Source: Sminthopsis crassicaudata
Taxonomy: Eukaryota
Direction of reading: 5' to 3'
NCBI RefSeq assembly: GCF_048593235.1
Contig: NC_133622.1
Location: 244,222,055 to 244,286,054, forward strand
Length of the DNA stretch: 64,000 bases
Part shown: positions 58,371 to 64,000 of the stretch, piece after piece
Numbering within the stretch: the first letter of the stretch is position 1
Layout: each line of letters starts with the position of its first letter
Translations under genes and position numbers: made by a program
The notes under the pieces: generated by a model
Databases searched by the model: none
Told to the model about the DNA's origin: nothing
What the model saw: only the letters and a program-made list of their open reading frames with translations

Positions 58371-58729
58371 ACTCTGTTAAGTAGCTGTTGTTAAATTTCT
58401 GAGGATANNNNNNNNNNNNNNNNNNNNNNNNNNNNNNNNNNNNNNNNNNNNNNNNNNNNNNNNNNNNNNNNNNNNNNNNNNNNNNNNNNNNNNNNNNNNN
58501 NNNNNNNNNNNNNNNNNNNNNNNNNNNNNNNNNNNNNNNNNNNNNNNNNNNNNNNNNNNNAAAGAGTTTTAAATCTATCACCACTTTAATTTAACAGATA
58601 AGAAAACTGAGAAAGAAAGTGGCACAGTGGATGGAATGTTTGATTTAACAATCAGGAAGACCTGAATTTGATTTTGCCTTAGACTTTTACTAGACTAACT
58701 AATCTCTCCAAATCTGTTTCTTCATTTCT

Positions 58730-58782
58730 TTCTTTTTTTTTTTTCTGAGACTGGGGTTACGTGACTTGCCCAGGGTCACACA
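58730..58782 (-). mobile_element. Heavily 5'-truncated WSINE1-like insertion
   Basis: ctgagactggggttacgtgacttgcccagggtcacac plus T-tail. 15-bp TSD tgtttcttcatttct (58715-58729/58783-58797). Confidence 0.85.
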
Positions 58783-59549
58783 TGTTTCTTCATTTCTGAA
58801 AATAAAGTGCTAGGACTGAATTACATGGCCTCTAAGGGAACTTTCAATTCTAACTGTAGTGGAATGAATTGTTGCCCAAGATCACATGGTAAATTAGCAA
58901 CAGAATTGCTTTTAAAACTCATATTTCTTTATTCTCATGTCTTTTCTGTACTTCAGTTTATGATATACTTGATGAGATAAGACTGGCACACCTGAGCCAC
59001 TGAAGTACATTATAGAAGAAGGAGATCTTGAGAACTGGATCCAGTGACAATAAGATGGGGGAGTATGTCCAAGTGGTCTACTTTTTTTCTATCTTTACCA
59101 TTTTCTTTATTATTGTGAACTTAATAACCATCCATAAAACAAATAATATTTTGTAGAGGGCCAGGAGGTAAAAATCCATTTCAGGTTTTGAATCTTATAA
59201 TGACTTGGCTCACCAAAACTGCCTTATTGAAATAGCAGAGGCTGCTTGTCAATATAATAAATTAATAATCTAGTGACTGACTGAAGCAAAATGTAAACAC
59301 TACTCTTTGGATTAAAGGCAAACCTTTGAATTTAGGACGAGAAAAAGAGACCACAATAGACACTAAAGGCATTTGGGAGAAAGATATTTGAGACAATGGT
59401 ATGTGTATCTGAACTATATGCATCTCTGACTAATTAACCAAGATCTGGGGCTTAATTTAATCATTTACATCTCAGTAGATCTTGTTTGTTAGAGAAAACT
59501 GCAGGAACTTCAAAGAGTGTACTTTGTATCAAGTCTATAAGCATTTGAA

Positions 59550-59550
<1 letters not shown>

Positions 59551-59589
<39 letters not shown>
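59551..59589. repeat. (TA)n microsatellite
   Basis: About 19 perfect TA units. Confidence 0.97.
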
Positions 59590-59593
<4 letters not shown>

Positions 59594-61984
59594 CTCTCTG
59601 ATCAATAAACTTTAAAGAGTCCATAATCACGACTCTCTCTGCCTGGTCCTCCCTCGTAAAAATCCCACCCTTCATTTCACTATAGGAGCAGGACTTCAAC
59701 AATATATAAAAAAATAAAATTGTGTAAGAAATCTCAGACTTATGTAATGCTCTTCCAGAAACATTTATATGCACACATATATGTATATACACACATATAT
59801 ACAATTTAATGATTTTATAAAGAATTTTTGTGTTCTATTTTGCAGTTCTTTTTAATTTCTTCTCTGAATTTGAAATATTTCCTTGATGGTCTACTGACTG
59901 CTGACTCTCCCAACCCCCTCTTCTCCCCACCAAGAGAAATCTCTCCTTCATTAGAAATAGGAATCTAGCCAAAGGAAATGACCATATTATTCATATCTAG
60001 AAAAATACATCTACAAATTTGATTGATATCAAAGATTGCTCTTGCCTTTAACCATAGTCCTACATGAGGACCAAATAGATTGGCTGGTTTATACATATTT
60101 ACGATAATCCCTGAAAAGTCCATGAGAATGAAAAGAATATTGGAGTTGAAACCGAAACTCCTCAGTTGACTGTATTTTCTTGGCCAGCACTTCCTATCAC
60201 TGGGATTCAGTTTTGTTCTTAAAAGGGGAGGCTTTAGACTGAATTAATTCTAAGGAACTTGCCCTGCTCCAAATCCTGGGATCTCAAGTGATATAAGTAA
60301 ATAAAAAGGAAGCAGCAAAATTACCTCTTCTTTCCAGCATCTCTGAATCCATCAGTCATCTGAGGGAAGAGCTGATCAGCAGTCTGCTTTTGTCCTGAGA
60401 TACTCCTGTGCACTTCTACAACAGAGCTCAATTACTTTCTTTCTACCTTCTTATTGATTTAAATGGAGTGAGATTACATGATTTTCAAAGGGTATCATAA
60501 ACTAGATAAAAGAGACCTAGAAACTAAATCTAGAAAACAGAGACCCCGCCTAATGGATATTCCCCTTTCTTTTACTCTCTTGCTAGATCTGATAGAACTG
60601 AAGGTGGGAACAGAGTCTGGTATCCTTCCCTACCTAGGGTCTTAGAGTGGAGATAGCTTTAGTGTATAGTGGTCATATGCATCATGGATACTTTCTAGAC
60701 TGAGACTCAGGATGCTTCTGCTGAATGAAAAAAGCCAACAAAGGTAATCCCTGTTGACTCCAATCATAGTCTAGTCATGTTTTTCTTTAATGAAATTATT
60801 TACGGTTTTCTCTGCGCTCTCTCTCAGAGGAATGGGTCCCTGAAGCAAAGGGTTTGGGGAAAACTTGGTGAATTGAGGACAACTCAGGTAAAGCTAATGG
60901 ACATTCATATCTCTATAGGCTTGTTCAATGGCCATCCCAATAGGAGCCTGAGCACTAATAGAAGGGAATCTTGCTCTCTCTATCACCTCTTTTTTTTCTC
61001 TCCTCAATCGGGACCTTAGTTGACACTAACTGATTTCCCAAGGCCTGTATCCATTTTTTTGATAGATTTTTTTTGACTACAATTTAATATCAATTTATGA
61101 AGAGTGTGGCTAAAGAGAGGTATGTTTCAGTTTTGTCAAGTGGAAAAATGTCAAAAAAATCTAATTCATCTAAAATGATTTAAAGTGTTTGCCACGTATA
61201 AAGCATTGAACCAGGTCCTGAAGATAGAAGGATAGAATGTAATACAGTGGCTCCCCTCAAGGAGCTTCTACTCTTTTGGAGAGTGGGAGAGGAAGAGATT
61301 TGCAAAGAGAAACACAATACTTTGACTGTGGCAAGGGGACTATTAAAAGTACTCCAGAAAAATTTGATGAGGGAAAGATTGCTTCCAGCTCAGAGGATCA
61401 GAAAAAGCTCCTCCAAGTAGGTAGCGTCTGATACAGGCCTTGGGAAATCAGTTAGTAATAACAGTAGTTCATTCAAGCACTCTAAGGCTTGTGAATCATT
61501 GTAATCTGTTGTCTTTGATCCTATAAACAACTCTGTGAAGTAGACTCTATTATTTCCACTTCAGTGATGAGAAAATTGAGGCACAAAGAGTAACATGACT
61601 TGTCAAAAGTTACACAGGAAATATCTGAGACGAAATTTGAACTAAGGTCTTCATGATAACACACATAGCACTCTTACCCACTGGACAACCAAGCTGCTTT
61701 CCCTGTTTGATGTGCTTAGTTCCCGGGTACCTAAGCATATTGTAAGATCTGCTCACAATTTTTCAAATGCTGTTCTCTTTATTCTTTGGATATTCTCTGA
61801 AGCATTAGTACTTTTTTCTCGTTCTCATCCCTGGCAGCATTTCTCTGGTGGGAAGCTGACTTCCTGAATCTCTTTTGGCTAGTGTTCAGCAGAAGAATAA
61901 ACTCTTGACATCTCCCTCTTTCTATGCTTCTAAAAAGATTGTTACCCAGAAAATGCTCAGGGAAATCGAACAACTCACATTTTC

Positions 61985-62624
61985 TGTTAGGATTCTTACA
62001 AGGTACTAAGCAGTGGAATTGATAGAGACAATAATTATCTAATTTAGCATGGTTCAATATGATTGATCTGACCCTACATGGAGATGTTATGGGCCAGAAC
62101 TTGAAACAAGATACTGTGTGGAATTGAGGAGACAATGGTTAAATCCAGTTTAGAATTGATTTAATCCTACAACAAATAATGGTTTCCTAGTGATATAATG
62201 ATTGCTGTATACTCAGTATAGAGCATATAAGGAGGAGGTCTCAGGGCTAGGAAGGAGAAGCCCATTAGAAGCTTTTCGGAGGCTGAGACAGATTCATTCC
62301 ATCTCCCACCTTTGTTGTGGCTGGAGGCTGAAGTACAAACCTTTGGATTTGAAGACATTTGGAGGGAGCTAAAGAGAGAAGCTGGCAGAGGCAAAGGACT
62401 AGTGGCAGGAGCTCTCAGAAACCAAGGAGAGAGATAGGCCTCTAAAAAAGCTAACCAGGCCCCAGGAAAAGAGACAAGACTTTGAAGGAAACAATAAAGG
62501 ATTTGGAATTTAACTCCTGGCTGCATTTGGGGTGATTACACTGAACTGAAATGGAGGCTGCTCCCAGAAGCCTCCCAAGAAACCTGCTCTCAGAGAAAAT
62601 TAGATTTTCGAGAAGAATATTACA
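61985..62624 (+). mobile_element. Solo ERV LTR
   Basis: TG...CA termini (tgttagg...tattaca), TATA-like catataa, AATAAA near 62493. 6-bp near-TSD attttc/gttttc. Same family as 7905-8454. Confidence 0.85.
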
Positions 62625-64000
62625 GTTTTCTATTTCAGATTCTCTTGGAGCCCACACTAAACGCCCTGTGAATTAAGTTTCGTTCTCTCTAGGGCACTTG
62701 TGTCTCATGATCCTTGAATACAGTGAATACATGAAAAAAATGTTATTCACCTCTGAGTGTCTATCTAGGTGAACTATGATTTGGGCAATACTGGAAGTCC
62801 AGACAGAGAAAACCAAGCTCTCCATTGGTGGGAGATTAGATGGGTCAAGATTTGCAAGTTTTTCTCTTTTCTCAGATTTTCTTTGACTCATTTGTCTTTC
62901 TTCTTTGCTCCGATCAAAACTCATTTGGATCATATATTTCTCTGATAAAGCTCTTGGCTTTCTAGGACAATATACAAAGTTTATTGAAGACATGGACTGT
63001 CATTACAAAAATCAATACATTTGTTTTTTATACTATAAGTAAAACCAAATACCATTGATATTGAGCTCTTCCTTGTGATAAAAACAAACAACAACAGCAA
63101 CAAAAAACCTATCACCCAAACCACTTCACTTGACAACAAAACAATTTTCTATGCTTTGGGGAATACAATTTTTTTTAAATCTTATATGACCAGCAATTAG
63201 GTTATCACCTTACAAATAGCAGAATAATAATAAAATGAATGAATAATAATAAATCTTTATTTCTGTTAATCTATGTATTTTGTACTTTTATTTTATATCC
63301 ATGAGGATAGATCTTGTGTATTCTTTCATTTTTCAAATCTCATTTGGTAGCGAACACCAAGCTCTGTACCTAGTAAGTGTTTACTGTATACTTTTATACT
63401 TTAAACGGGCCAGCACAGTGCTTGGACATTCTCAAGTGTCCAATACTTGTTGAATGAGTGAGAAAATGAATGAATGAATGAATGAAGAGCTCTCCAAAGC
63501 ATCCTTCAACACAATAAGAAAAATCTTTCTCCTTTTCTGTTACCTACTATGGATAACAGTTGACATCAGTCATTCTAAGCTCTCTGAAACGATGCTATAT
63601 TTCTATATTGACAAATCCTTTTCTTTCCCATTATTTTATGTAATTTGTGCAAGGCCATAAAGGAGGTGGAACAGTTGTTGTTATACACCTTAGAAAAGTG
63701 AATTCATTTGTTGACTTGGAAGTGCTGGGATTCCTATCATATGGAATATAGATTGTTGAGAATCAGGCTAACTGGTCACCTAACTATCTCCTTCTGGCCT
63801 TAGGCTGTCTCCACTGTTTCTGAGAAGGAAAGAATATCAATCAAGAAATTATTTTTGGAAAATCTGAACATAATGGAAGGCATGTCTGTTTTTCTAGGGC
63901 AAACATGTTTACAGTAACACATTAAATGGAAAGAAAACAGCAACAGTGGAGATCTTGGAGTGGCAGGGGAAGAATCAAAGGAATAAAAAGCCTTGATAAT

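Noticed and set aside
61779-62993. Charged ORFs flanking the LTR (61779-62135, 62673-62993) as a processed pseudogene
   Set aside because: No protein family recognised, and the first ORF is partly LTR sequence.
1-64000. CRISPR arrays, rRNA genes, prokaryotic operons
   Set aside because: No regularly spaced repeat-spacer arrays or rRNA motifs. The sequence is mammalian.

Overview
Marsupial (probably dasyurid) chemoreceptor cluster, judged from WSINE1-type CORE-SINEs, marsupial L1 3' ends and an OC1-like hAT MITE. The main feature is an apparently intact six-exon class C GPCR of the vomeronasal type-2 (V2R)/CaSR-like group (22057-34617, +, 867 aa, all introns GT-AG and in phase). It sits alone inside an olfactory receptor (OR) cluster. 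Upstream are two disabled OR9I-like copies from a local tandem duplication: one cut after codon 33 by an L1, one frameshifted by an 8-bp deletion. A third, orphan copy of their non-coding 5' region follows. Downstream are two intact ORs on the minus strand (OR10W1-like 39219-40169, OR10Q1-like 51740-52702). A ~250-bp local inverted duplication lies 0.7-1.6 kb upstream of the class C gene. The rest is L1, L2, CR1, SINE, solo LTR and MITE debris, a 7SL retrocopy, microsatellites and eight N-gaps. No tRNA, rRNA or CRISPR features were seen. Orthology names come from my recall of human OR proteins and were not database-checked.
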